From assembly GCA_964448705.1 (NCBI GenBank), contig CAYUZS010000002.1, positions 113,577-177,576 on the forward strand: a stretch of 64,000 nucleotides of DNA. The letters run 5' to 3'. The position numbers and the translations under genes were made by a program. Positions 49,497 through 58,494 of this stretch are shown piece by piece; position 1 is the stretch's first letter, and each line of letters begins with the position of its first letter. A model generated the notes under the pieces. That model saw nothing but the letters and a program-made list of their open reading frames with translations. It did not search any database and was not told where the DNA came from. The stretch is from an uncultured Gammaproteobacteria bacterium (lineage in GTDB: Bacteria > Patescibacteriota > Microgenomatia > UBA12405).

Positions 49497-51047
49497 TTAT
49501 AAATCCGAAGGGAGGTTATAACAATTCTGATTCAAATAATTCGGATTGGTTAGGTAACCCCTAAAAAGTGGTTGGCCTTGATAATCGTTGAACTCGAAGA
49601 TTTTAGTTAAACAATATTGTTTTATTTGATCCGGAGAAAAATCTCTATAGACAGAGTAAATTAACACCTGTTTTCGGTTGACATCGGACTGTTTATCGAT
49701 CCTTTTTATTACTATGTTGGGAAATTTGCCGGTGTTAACAAAGAGAGTGTTGTAATAGTAATTTTTTAAAACACCGTTTTGTTGTTGAAACTTTTCGGGC
49801 GGATATTTAGAAAAGAAGAGATATTCAATATGGGGTATGTGATATGAGTCATCAATTATAAAGTTCATATCCTGGTGATTATTAATAAATTCAGTTATTT
49901 CCTTAAATCCATCGTACCATTGAAAAGCCCTTTCTTTTGGTAAATATATAAAGTATGACCGCCAAATAAGAAGGAGGGATAGCGGTACAATTAACAGAAA
50001 CAGATATTTAGTGATTGGATAATCGAGCAATTTAATTATTCCTAAAGAGATAATGAGAGAATAGGGAAAGAGCAGGGCGACAGCCCTTTGGGTGGCATAA
50101 TTAGCGTTGGCGAAAGCGGCTGGAAGCGGTGCCAACAGTAACAGTAAAAATATGAGTCGATATAGGTAGTGATGACGGTTTTTAAATAAGTAGACAAAGC
50201 CAACAATCAAGGGAATAAATTGCCAAAAGTAAAAAATGGCGATTTGGGGAATTGACCGCTGAGGATCGATATCTTCCTGAGAAAAGATATTACTGGGAGA
50301 GAAAAAAGTGAGATATTGATTGAGGAAATTAATATTCAAGTAGCTACTTTTTATCCAAAAGGCCGGAGTAAATACCATATAGAAATTTGGGATCTGAATT
50401 ATAACTGTGGGAATTAATGCCTTTATAGTTTTTTTAAGTTCCGGTTTGAAGAGAAGAAGATAAATTAAAATAAGCAATGGTGACAAATAGCGGTAAGGAT
50501 GGGCGGCATAGGTACTGAAGGACAACAGAATAAAGGCAGGAGTCAATTTCTTTTCGGCCAACAAATAGGCTGCCCAACAAAATAAAAAGTAAGCGAAGGT
50601 GACCTCGTAGCCCAAACGGGCATTAAAGACAGACCAAGGTGTTAGATAATAACAAAGGAGGGCGAGCAGCAAAAAATAAGTATTATGGCGGGGAAGTAGT
50701 TTTTTTAAAAATAGATATAAAAAAACACCAGTAAGAATCATTAAAACAGCATTCACTCCCCTAACAGTAAGGACCGAAAGTCCAAAGATTTTTATAAAGG
50801 GTACCAAAAAATAAACAAACAAACCCGGGGTGTAGGATCCAAAAAATCTAAAAAGAACGGGTAGAATTTGGCCATATTCGTCACGACCGGTTTTGAGAAT
50901 GGAATAGGCATTATAGGCAACCACGGCTTCATCGGAATAGAATCCGGGCGGATTGTTTGACAAGTTGTAAAAATATAAAAAGGCGGCCAATAAGATAACG
51001 GGGAAAATCAACAAGTTTAATTTGGTGGTTATTTTTTTAGTAAGCAT
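49497..51047 (-). CDS. GT-C membrane glycosyltransferase (ArnT/PMT_2-like), outside the main island
   Basis: SDEAVVAYNAYSILKTGRDEYG, PWSVFNARLGYE. Start at ATG 51047 (MLTKK) inferred from paralog N-termini. Confidence 0.83.
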   Translation of the reverse strand: MLTKKITTKLNLLIFPVILLAAFLYFYNLSNNPPGFYSDEAVVAYNAYSILKTGRDEYGQILPVLFRFFGSYTPGLFVYFLVPFIKIFGLSVLTVRGVNAVLMILTGVFLYLFLKKLLPRHNTYFLLLALLCYYLTPWSVFNARLGYEVTFAYFLFCWAAYLLAEKKLTPAFILLSFSTYAAHPYRYLSPLLILIYLLLFKPELKKTIKALIPTVIIQIPNFYMVFTPAFWIKSSYLNINFLNQYLTFFSPSNIFSQEDIDPQRSIPQIAIFYFWQFIPLIVGFVYLFKNRHHYLYRLIFLLLLLAPLPAAFANANYATQRAVALLFPYSLIISLGIIKLLDYPITKYLFLLIVPLSLLLIWRSYFIYLPKERAFQWYDGFKEITEFINNHQDMNFIIDDSYHIPHIEYLFFSKYPPEKFQQQNGVLKNYYYNTLFVNTGKFPNIVIKRIDKQSDVNRKQVLIYSVYRDFSPDQIKQYCLTKIFEFNDYQGQPLFRGYLTNPNYLNQNCYNLPSDL

Positions 51048-51484
51048 TTTAGGTTTAGCCAGGCGATAAGCGGGCAGAAAGCATACATATATCGATTGTT
51101 GTAACCGATGATATTTATCAAAATTAACGGCAAAGCCAGCAGTATAACCAGAGTTGAGGTATCTTTTCTTTTTAGCCCAAAAAGACCGACAATAAAGAGC
51201 GGCAAGAAAATAATTTTCCACTCAGAAAAGTTGAGGTTGAAATTTAATGGATAAAAGAAACGATCGAGGGTTTTGAAAAATAGCTGGGAGTATTTTTTGT
51301 TTTCCAGCTGATTGCCGATCCTTAGGGCAGAAGCCGGATACATATTGATGTTGTGATATTGGTACAAATGGTATTCAGCCGGAGTCTGGATCCAAAGCCA
51401 TTGAATTTCGGTAGTTTTAAGCTGCCAAACAAGACAGGGAATTAGAGAAAGTATAAAAATAAGATTGAACAGACGTCTAGTTAT
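51029..51484 (-). CDS. Small membrane protein resembling the central loop of the GT-C paralogs; possible ATA start
   Basis: Frame stays open 39 codons upstream of the track's TTG: ITRRLFNLIFILSLIPCLVW (basic + TM); TAAAAT 5 nt before the ATA. Confidence 0.55.
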   Translation of the reverse strand: MTRRLFNLIFILSLIPCLVWQLKTTEIQWLWIQTPAEYHLYQYHNINMYPASALRIGNQLENKKYSQLFFKTLDRFFYPLNFNLNFSEWKIIFLPLFIVGLFGLKRKDTSTLVILLALPLILINIIGYNNRYMYAFCPLIAWLNLKCLLKK

Positions 51485-51570
51485 AAGTTATTTTAGACCA
51501 CTTTGGACCAAGAAAAAGAGGTGGAAGTTTCTTTCACTAAAAGAGTTCGCAATTGTTTGTGAGTTATAAC

Positions 51571-51777
51571 CTATGGAATATCATAATTATTTTTAGTAGA
51601 CAGGGATGAAGTGATAGCCGCGGATAAAATTAGTAGACCGCCGAAATAGGTTGAAATTTGGAGGACCTCTTTAAAGAAAATATAACCGAAGATAGAAGCA
51701 AATAATAATTCCAACGGCAGAATCAGAGAGCCGTGCTGCGCCTGAACATATTTAAATCCTTTCGTATTGGTTTTCAT
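51571..51777 (-). pseudogene. EamA/DMT transporter remnant (C-terminal two helices only)
   Basis: GFKYVQAQHGSLILPLELLFASIFGYIFFKE...GGLLIL matches the DMT C-terminus; only 68 aa. Confidence 0.65.
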
Positions 51778-51785
51778 AGGTTATT

Positions 51786-54461
51786 CTACCCTATTTCCGG
51801 ATAATGGCACTTCTTCCATTTTTTACCCGAACCGCACCAACAAGGATCGTTTCGGCCGATAGTATTATGAGAAACAACCGGAGTTGAAGGCAAAACAGAA
51901 GATGTTTTTTCAGTATTCCCGTCAACAGGTGCATGAGGATCGATCACCTCACCACGGCCTTCAGTGGCAGCTTCCGGCTTTGACTGAGGAACAGCAGTAA
52001 CAGGTTCAAGTCGATAGAACATCCGGGTTAGATTGTATTCAAACTGATGCATTAATTTTTGAAACATTTCATAACCCTCTTTACGATATTCAACTAAAGG
52101 ATCTTTCTGGGCATAACCCCGAAGACGGACACCGTCACGAAGATCATCGAGAGCGGTTAAATGCTCCACCCAAAGTGGATCCAAACTGCGGATGATAGCA
52201 TAAGAAAGAATATTGTTGCTAATATCGGCACCAAAATAATCTACCCGCTGCCGCCATTGTTTTTGAAGAATATCCATTAAAAATTCAACCGGATTATCGG
52301 CTTTTTCCAGATCTTTCTTCAGCCGACTGCGATCTGATTCAGAATAGGGCAGAATTTCTGAAAATTCCAAAATGATTTTATCGTAATCAATTTTTTCCTG
52401 AAGTGAATCGGTATTCATGGAAACAAGGGAGGAGATTTCTTTTTCCAAATATTTATTGATTTCTTCAAGATTTTTTTCGGGATTGTCTTTGGCACTGATT
52501 AAAGTCTGATCGCGGAGACCATAGATTATTTTTCGTTGTTTATTAATAACATCGTCATATTCCACCAGACTTTTTCTGACATCAAAATTGTAACCTTCAA
52601 CTTTAACCTGAATTTGTTCAATAACTTTGGAAACCAGAGGATGAGTTAATGGGGCATCATCGGGCATATTAAAACGTGTCATTAGTTCAGATATCTTTTC
52701 ACCACCAAAAATTCTCATCAAATCATCATCCAAAGCGACGTAAAATTGGGAAAAACCAGGATCACCCTGACGACCGGCCCGGCCCCGAAGCTGATTATCT
52801 ATCCGACGGGATTCATGACGTTCGGTACCAATAACATAAAGTCCGCCCAGATCGACAACTTTTTGATGATTGGCTTTCCAAACTTTTTTATCTATTTTGT
52901 CCTTGGGGCCACCTAAAATAATGTCGACTCCCCTTCCGGCCATATTGGTGGCGACAGTGACAGCACCGGGGACACCAGCCTTAGCGATGATTTCGGCTTC
53001 TGATTGGTGGTTTTTGGCATTAAGCATCTGGTACGGAATATGTTTTTTAGACAATAGAGAAGAAATGATTTCATTCTTTTCTATCGAGGTGGTACCGATT
53101 AAAACCGGCTGGCCTTTACGGTGTAGCTCTTCAATTTTGGCGGCAATAGCGGCATACTTAGAACGTTGTGTCTTGAAAATTAAATCATCGCTGTCCTGTC
53201 TTTGGAGAGGACGATAAGTGGGGATAGTGATAACGTCGAGATTATAAATCTTGCGAAACTCTTCGGCTTCGGTGGCGGCAGTTCCGGTCATACCGGCTAG
53301 TTTATCGTAGAGACGAAAATAGTTTTGAAAAGTGATAGTGGCCCACGTTTGAGATTCGCGTTGGACAGTAACATTTTCTTTGGCTTCGATAGCCTGATGA
53401 AGTCCATCAGACCAACGACGACCGGGCATAAGACGACCGGTAAATTCGTCGACGATAATTATTTCGCCGTCTTTAATGACGTAATCTTTATCTTTGTGGA
53501 ATAAGGCTCTGGCTTTGATGGCATTTTCAATGTAATGAATAGTTTCAAAAGATTCTTCGTAAAGATTATTAACATTGAGTACTTTTTCAACTTTACGGAT
53601 GCCGAATTCAGAAAGGGTGGCGGAACGGGATTTTTCATCAATCACGTAATCACTTGGCTGCAGCTGGGCGGATATTTGGGCAAATTTATAATATTTATCG
53701 GTAGGCTGATTATTGGGTGAGGAAATAATCAACGGAGTCCGGGCTTCGTCAATCAAAACAAAATCAACCTCGTCGACGATAGCAAAATAATGATTGTTCC
53801 GTTGAACTTTTTCCGATAGTTCGGAAACCATGTGATCACGAAGATAATCGAAACCAAATTCGTTGTTGGTTCCGTAAGTAATATCTGCCTGATAGGCCTC
53901 TTGTCGGGAAATCGGACGAAGATGAGCTAAACGATCATCTATTTTTTCTGTAGGATCGGTAAAATCTAGGTCTAAAAGACAGGACTGTTCATGGACGATA
54001 CAGGCAGTAGAAATACCAAGAAGATGGAGAGCCCTGGGATACCATCCGGCACCGACACGGGTTAAATAATCATTAGGAGTGATGACGTGAACTCCCTGAC
54101 CAGTTAGAGCATTCAGATAAGCCGGAAAGATAACCGAGTGTGTTTTTCCTTCACCGGTTCGCTGTTCGGCAATAGCACCATGATGAAGAGTGATGGCGGC
54201 CATAAGCTGAACGTCATAAGCCCGTTCACCGATAGTACGATTGATGGCTTCACGAACTACAGCGTAAGCTTCGGGTAATATGTCATCAAGGGTTTTTCCT
54301 TTTTGAATAAGTTCTTTAAAATATTCAGTTTTGGCGGATAACTGTTTGTCGGTAAGTTTAGAAATTTCCGGTTCTAATTTATTGATTTTATCAATTATCG
54401 ATTTATACGAAGAAATGCGGCGGTGATTGTCGTCAACTAAATTTTTTAGGAATGAAAGCAT
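51786..54461 (-). CDS. secA: Preprotein translocase ATPase SecA
   Basis: TGEGKT, DEVDFVLIDEARTPLIIS, ATNMAGRGVDI, RRIDNQLRGRAGRQGDPG, SEC-C GRNDPCWCGSGKKWKKCH. Confidence 0.98.
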   Translation of the reverse strand: MLSFLKNLVDDNHRRISSYKSIIDKINKLEPEISKLTDKQLSAKTEYFKELIQKGKTLDDILPEAYAVVREAINRTIGERAYDVQLMAAITLHHGAIAEQRTGEGKTHSVIFPAYLNALTGQGVHVITPNDYLTRVGAGWYPRALHLLGISTACIVHEQSCLLDLDFTDPTEKIDDRLAHLRPISRQEAYQADITYGTNNEFGFDYLRDHMVSELSEKVQRNNHYFAIVDEVDFVLIDEARTPLIISSPNNQPTDKYYKFAQISAQLQPSDYVIDEKSRSATLSEFGIRKVEKVLNVNNLYEESFETIHYIENAIKARALFHKDKDYVIKDGEIIIVDEFTGRLMPGRRWSDGLHQAIEAKENVTVQRESQTWATITFQNYFRLYDKLAGMTGTAATEAEEFRKIYNLDVITIPTYRPLQRQDSDDLIFKTQRSKYAAIAAKIEELHRKGQPVLIGTTSIEKNEIISSLLSKKHIPYQMLNAKNHQSEAEIIAKAGVPGAVTVATNMAGRGVDIILGGPKDKIDKKVWKANHQKVVDLGGLYVIGTERHESRRIDNQLRGRAGRQGDPGFSQFYVALDDDLMRIFGGEKISELMTRFNMPDDAPLTHPLVSKVIEQIQVKVEGYNFDVRKSLVEYDDVINKQRKIIYGLRDQTLISAKDNPEKNLEEINKYLEKEISSLVSMNTDSLQEKIDYDKIILEFSEILPYSESDRSRLKKDLEKADNPVEFLMDILQKQWRQRVDYFGADISNNILSYAIIRSLDPLWVEHLTALDDLRDGVRLRGYAQKDPLVEYRKEGYEMFQKLMHQFEYNLTRMFYRLEPVTAVPQSKPEAATEGRGEVIDPHAPVDGNTEKTSSVLPSTPVVSHNTIGRNDPCWCGSGKKWKKCHYPEIG

Positions 54462-54495
54462 AGGGATATTATATTCGATTTAAGATTAATTAGTG

Positions 54496-54556
54496 AAAAA
54501 GCATCCGGGCCCGCCCAAAGGTTGAATTAATTCAACCAATGTGGCGGGCGGGTGGC
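54496..54556 (-). terminator. Long GC-rich hairpin followed by a U-tract, downstream of serS
   Basis: GCCCGCC/GGCGGGC arms around the perfect palindrome GGTTGAATTAATTCAACC (54520-37); TTTTT follows on the minus strand. Confidence 0.65.
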
Positions 54557-54560
54557 TCCT

Positions 54561-55826
54561 CTACAATTTAGGGGAGATAACTTTGAAGCCGGTATACGGC
54601 CAGAGTACCTCAGGGATATTAATACTACCGTCTTTGTTTTGATGATTTTCTAAAATAGCCAATACAGCCCGGTCGGTAATAACGGTAGCATTTAAAATAT
54701 GGACCAGTTTGGTTTCACCATTAATTTTTACTTTGGTGTTTAACCGTCTGGCTTGATAATCGGAACAGTTACTGCAGCTCTGAGTTTCCCGATATTTGTT
54801 TTGTCCGGGAAACCAGGTGTTTATATCGTACATCCGTCGATTCGGTTGAGGGAGATCGCCGGTGCAGCACTTCATAACCTGATAAGACAATTTAAGCTCC
54901 TGCATAATTTCCTCTTCTACAGAAAGCATTTCCAAACACATATCATCGGAAATTTTAAGATCGGGAAGAGTGAAGACATTCATTTCCACTTTATTAAAGA
55001 AATGAACACGGAAAAGTCCGCGCATATCTTTTCCGTAAGTGCCGGCTTCACGACGAAAACACGGAGAATAATTTACATATTTTATGGGGAATAATTTTTC
55101 TTCCAAAATTTCTTTACTATGATATGGGACAACGGAATGTTCAGAAGAGCTGATGAAAATTAAATCGTCTTCGGGGATGGAGTAGGCAGCGTTAAAAAGA
55201 TTTTTGTTGCTGGTGTAACCACAACCCCATTCAGTCTGAGATTTGATCATGACCGGAGGGATCATCCCTCTAAAACCTTTGGAGACTAATTTAGTGAAAG
55301 CATAAAACATGACGGCCATTTCCAAAACAGCACCTTCATTTTTAAAATAACCAAAACGGCTTCCGGATAATTCTCCGGCTTTTTTAACATCAAGAATATC
55401 CAATTTTTCCCCTAAATCTATATGATCCAGAGGGGTAAAATCGAATTTCGGCGGTTCACCGACAGTCTTAAAGACAACGTTATCGGCATCGTCCTTACCA
55501 ACCGGAACATCTTCTGCCGGTAGATTGGGAATCTCTTCGAGAAGAGAATAAAGTTTTGTTTCACTTTCTTTGAGTTTCGTTTCAACATCACGAAGTTGAT
55601 CTTTTATTTTTTTGGCTTCTGATAATTGATCTTCGGTTGGTTTACCTTTAAAGTTTTTAGCCAATGAATTTTGTTCGGAACGAAGTTTTTCAGCTTGAGC
55701 CAAGACAGAACGATAATCCTGATCAAGAGTAATTACCTGATCAAGCAAAGAAGGATCTTTTTGGCGGTTTTGTAAAGCGAGTCGGACACTATCCGGATTG
55801 GTGCGAATTAAATTTATATCGAGCAT
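54561..55826 (-). CDS. serS: Seryl-tRNA synthetase
   Basis: MLDINLIR, IPNLP, SGSRF, CFRREAG, GLFRVHFFNKVE, SCSNCSDYQARRL. Confidence 0.97.
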   Translation of the reverse strand: MLDINLIRTNPDSVRLALQNRQKDPSLLDQVITLDQDYRSVLAQAEKLRSEQNSLAKNFKGKPTEDQLSEAKKIKDQLRDVETKLKESETKLYSLLEEIPNLPAEDVPVGKDDADNVVFKTVGEPPKFDFTPLDHIDLGEKLDILDVKKAGELSGSRFGYFKNEGAVLEMAVMFYAFTKLVSKGFRGMIPPVMIKSQTEWGCGYTSNKNLFNAAYSIPEDDLIFISSSEHSVVPYHSKEILEEKLFPIKYVNYSPCFRREAGTYGKDMRGLFRVHFFNKVEMNVFTLPDLKISDDMCLEMLSVEEEIMQELKLSYQVMKCCTGDLPQPNRRMYDINTWFPGQNKYRETQSCSNCSDYQARRLNTKVKINGETKLVHILNATVITDRAVLAILENHQNKDGSINIPEVLWPYTGFKVISPKL

Positions 55827-55917
55827 TCTATACCTCTATTTTATCAAAATTAATAAAAGTTTTTATCGCAAATAAACAGCAAAATGCGATAGCAAATTGG
55901 TTTTGATGGGGACCAAC

Positions 55918-55986
55918 TTATAACCCCAACGTAGAGGATAGTCCGGATTCGAAGCTGAAATGAAATGACGAAGCAAAGGTGTTCAT
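55918..55986 (-). CDS. Putative serS leader peptide MNTFASSFHFSFESGLSSTLGL
   Basis: 22 codons, 6 Ser (TCG, TCA, AGC, TCC, TCC, TCT), stop 91 nt before serS; 10-bp complementarity to the serS RBS. Confidence 0.65.
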   Translation of the reverse strand: MNTFASSFHFSFESGLSSTLGL

Positions 55987-56079
55987 AATAATTTTATTTT
56001 TTAGAAATATACCCTAGTATACAACTTATTGTGTTAATATTAACATAATTAGGCTGTTTAGAAAGGATGGTGAGAATAT

Positions 56080-56337
56080 TTGGATTATTTGAAAGTAGGA
56101 AAAATTAATCATTACTTTGACAAGATAGGAGTCGCAATTTTAGATGTCAGTGAGAATTCGGTAAAGGCCGGCGACAAAATCAGAATAGGAGAATTTGGTG
56201 AAGGTTTTGAACAGAAAGTCGAATCGATGCAGGCAGAACATCAGGTAGTAAAGGAGGCAAAAATCGGCGACCAGGTGGGGCTGAAAGTGGATAAGGAAGT
56301 TAAACCGGGAACCATGATCTACAAAATTGCCGACTAA
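56080..56337 (+). CDS. Small beta-barrel protein (U32 peptidase C-terminal / elongation-factor-domain-like)
   Basis: VGKINHYFDKIGVA...GDKIRI...QKVESMQ...GLKV; TTG start after a purine-rich RBS. Confidence 0.8.
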   Translation: MDYLKVGKINHYFDKIGVAILDVSENSVKAGDKIRIGEFGEGFEQKVESMQAEHQVVKEAKIGDQVGLKVDKEVKPGTMIYKIAD

Positions 56338-56340
56338 CTG

Positions 56341-57870
56341 TTACTTCTTTTTAGCCTTAGATTTGGGAGTTTTTAATTTATAGATTTTTATGGTTTCCGG
56401 ATTAAGTTCGTATTTAACCTGAGGAAAAAGCGTTCCTTCTCTGGCAGTGACATTTTCCAAAAACCAGAAGAGACGTTCACTGAAACCAAAACCGGAGGTT
56501 GGAGGCATACCGTATTCCAACATTTCTACAAAATCGATATCCATCATCTGGGATTCTTCATCACCTTTTTCCCGATTTTCCTGCTGCTCTTTAAAACGTT
56601 CGAACTGATCTACCGGATCATTTAATTCGGAGTAACCGTTGCCTAATTCGGAGCCGGCAATAATACAGTGAAAACGTTCAGTTAAGGTCTCATCATCAGC
56701 CCGTGATTTTGCCAAAGGAGATGAAAATTTCGGTTCATCGATCACAAAGAGAGGTCCGGATATTTCCTGACGGACAATTTTCCAAAGATTATCGACAATA
56801 CGACCGCGATTATTTAAACCGGTAGTATCAAGATGCTGTGTTTTAAGAATTTGAAGAATTTCTTCTTCACTATCGTTAAAAATGTCCACTGAAAATCGTT
56901 TTTTAATTAAATCAGCATAGCTGATTCTCTCCCATTTGTCGGCTAAATCAAATGTATGATTCCCTTTTTCAAATTTAGTTTTGCCGTAAATATTTTCAGC
57001 TAAATATTTATATAATTTCTCGACTAAGTCCATATTTTTAGTGTAATCAGCGTAAGCCCAATACCATTCGCCGCTGTAATATTCCTGGAGATGTTCATCA
57101 TCGATACCTTCATTCCTAAAATTGGGAGCCAAAGTAAATATTTTTTCAAATCCACCGCCGATTAATCTTTTTTGAAAAAGCTCCGTGGAAATACGTAAAT
57201 AAAAATCCTGATCTAAGGCATTATGGTGAGTGATAAAAGGTTTGGCATCGGCACCGCCGGTAACCAATTCCAAAACCGGGGTCTCGACTTCTATGAAACC
57301 ATTTTCGTTTAAAAATTGACGGGTTAACTGCCAAAATTTTGATTTGCGAATAAATAGTTTTTGACGGTCGGGGTTCATGACCAGATCCAAATATCGACGT
57401 CGGAAAATAATTTCCGGATCAGTGAGACCACTCCATTTTTCCGGCAAAGAACGAATGGATTTGGAAAGCATCCGGATATCACCGGGAAAAATCGAGACTT
57501 CACCGCGGATCGATTTACCAACTTTGCCAAAGACTTCAATAAAATCGCCAATGTCGATCAATTTTAAATTATCGGCACCGATGGTCTGATTTTTGGAACT
57601 GGTAGGTGATAAATCTTTTTTGTTGATAAAAACCTGAATTTTACCGGACTGATCCTGAAGATGACAAAAAATCAAAGCGCCGTGTTCCCGCCAGGAAACA
57701 ATTCTGCCGGCAACATGAATTTGTTTATCGGCTAAAGTTTCGTATTTTTCGACAACCTCCAAATTAGGATAATCTTTTTGGGACTGGGCCGGATAGGGAT
57801 TAATCCCTAATTTACGAAGAGACTCTACTTTCTCAAGACGAATCCGCCTAATTTCATCAAAGGTTGACAT
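56341..57870 (-). CDS. lysS: Lysyl-tRNA synthetase class II
   Basis: RRRYLDL, GGADAKPFITHHNAL, FRNEGID, ELGNGYSELNDP, LEYGMPPTSG. Confidence 0.97.
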   Translation of the reverse strand: MSTFDEIRRIRLEKVESLRKLGINPYPAQSQKDYPNLEVVEKYETLADKQIHVAGRIVSWREHGALIFCHLQDQSGKIQVFINKKDLSPTSSKNQTIGADNLKLIDIGDFIEVFGKVGKSIRGEVSIFPGDIRMLSKSIRSLPEKWSGLTDPEIIFRRRYLDLVMNPDRQKLFIRKSKFWQLTRQFLNENGFIEVETPVLELVTGGADAKPFITHHNALDQDFYLRISTELFQKRLIGGGFEKIFTLAPNFRNEGIDDEHLQEYYSGEWYWAYADYTKNMDLVEKLYKYLAENIYGKTKFEKGNHTFDLADKWERISYADLIKKRFSVDIFNDSEEEILQILKTQHLDTTGLNNRGRIVDNLWKIVRQEISGPLFVIDEPKFSSPLAKSRADDETLTERFHCIIAGSELGNGYSELNDPVDQFERFKEQQENREKGDEESQMMDIDFVEMLEYGMPPTSGFGFSERLFWFLENVTAREGTLFPQVKYELNPETIKIYKLKTPKSKAKKK

Positions 57871-57892
57871 GAAAGTATTTTAGCAGATCAGT

Positions 57893-58357
57893 TTATTTAA
57901 TGGAGACAATTTTGTAAGTGATTTTGCCGATAGGAGCATCAACTTCAAATTCGTCATTCAACTTTTTACCGATCAGGGCAATACCTAAAGGTGATTTATC
58001 AGAAATTTTGTTTTGAGTAGGATCTGATTCCATATGGTTAACGATACTAAATTCTTTTTCCTGTTTGCCGGAAAGTCTGATTTTTACAGTGGCGCCGATT
58101 TCGACGATACTTTTTTTACCGCATTTACCGGTTATAATTTTAGATATTTTAAGGGCTTCATCAATGTTATCGATTTTATCGTTAACGACTTCCAATTCTT
58201 CTTTTAGTTGAGTGGCCAGACCATCTTCTCCTGATTCATCAGGCTGGGCGACTTCTTCTATTTGGGTAATCAGGTGATCATGTCTGCTTTTTAGGGCAAT
58301 TAATTCCTGGGTTAGGCGGTCATAACCTTCCTGAGTCAATAGGTTTTTGTTGTTCAT
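57893..58357 (-). CDS. greA: Transcription elongation factor GreA/GreB family
   Basis: LTQEGY, coiled coil with acidic tip DESGED, ISDKSPLGIALIGK, VDAPIG. Confidence 0.88.
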   Translation of the reverse strand: MNNKNLLTQEGYDRLTQELIALKSRHDHLITQIEEVAQPDESGEDGLATQLKEELEVVNDKIDNIDEALKISKIITGKCGKKSIVEIGATVKIRLSGKQEKEFSIVNHMESDPTQNKISDKSPLGIALIGKKLNDEFEVDAPIGKITYKIVSIK

Positions 58358-58369
58358 TGATTGATAACA

Positions 58370-58437
58370 AAATAAAAACCTCTCTATTATGAGTAAAAAG
58401 GCTCGTTTTGAACACGAACCAAATTAAAAAGAGAGGC
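58370..58437 (-). terminator. Nested intrinsic-terminator-like attenuator in the greA leader
   Basis: Inner hairpin GGTTCGT-7nt-ACGAGCC + TTTTT (58420-58395); outer stem CCTCTCT/AGAGAGG + TTTTTATTTT. Confidence 0.65.
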
Positions 58438-58486
58438 AATCTTTATGAAACGAATATTTCGGATAATAAATCCCAACTTGTTTCAT
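58424..58486 (-). CDS. Putative leaderless uORF in the greA leader, MKQVGIYYPKYSFHKDCLSF
   Basis: ATG 8 nt after the -10 of a consensus promoter; stop lies 3 nt before the inner terminator stem. Confidence 0.45.
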   Translation of the reverse strand: MKQVGIYYPKYSFHKDCLSF

Positions 58487-58494
58487 AGGTTTAT

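Noticed and set aside
51048-51221. N-terminal extension of the GT-C at 49497-51221
   Set aside because: It overlaps the upstream membrane gene; paralogs begin about 25-40 aa before the DE motif, matching ATG 51047.
51516-51540. Terminator GTGAAAG-AAA-CTTCCAC-CTCTTTTT after the EamA remnant
   Set aside because: Short stem with a mismatch and an offset U-tract; too weak to call.
55827-56079. T-box riboswitch upstream of serS
   Set aside because: No GGTGGNACC T-box consensus, no long stem I and no terminator with a U-tract; the uORF and anti-SD explain the region better.
58424-58486. greA uORF as a Lys- or Tyr-sensing leader for lysS or tyrS
   Set aside because: Only 3 dispersed Lys; lysS has its own extended -10, and tyrS is on the other strand with its own -10.
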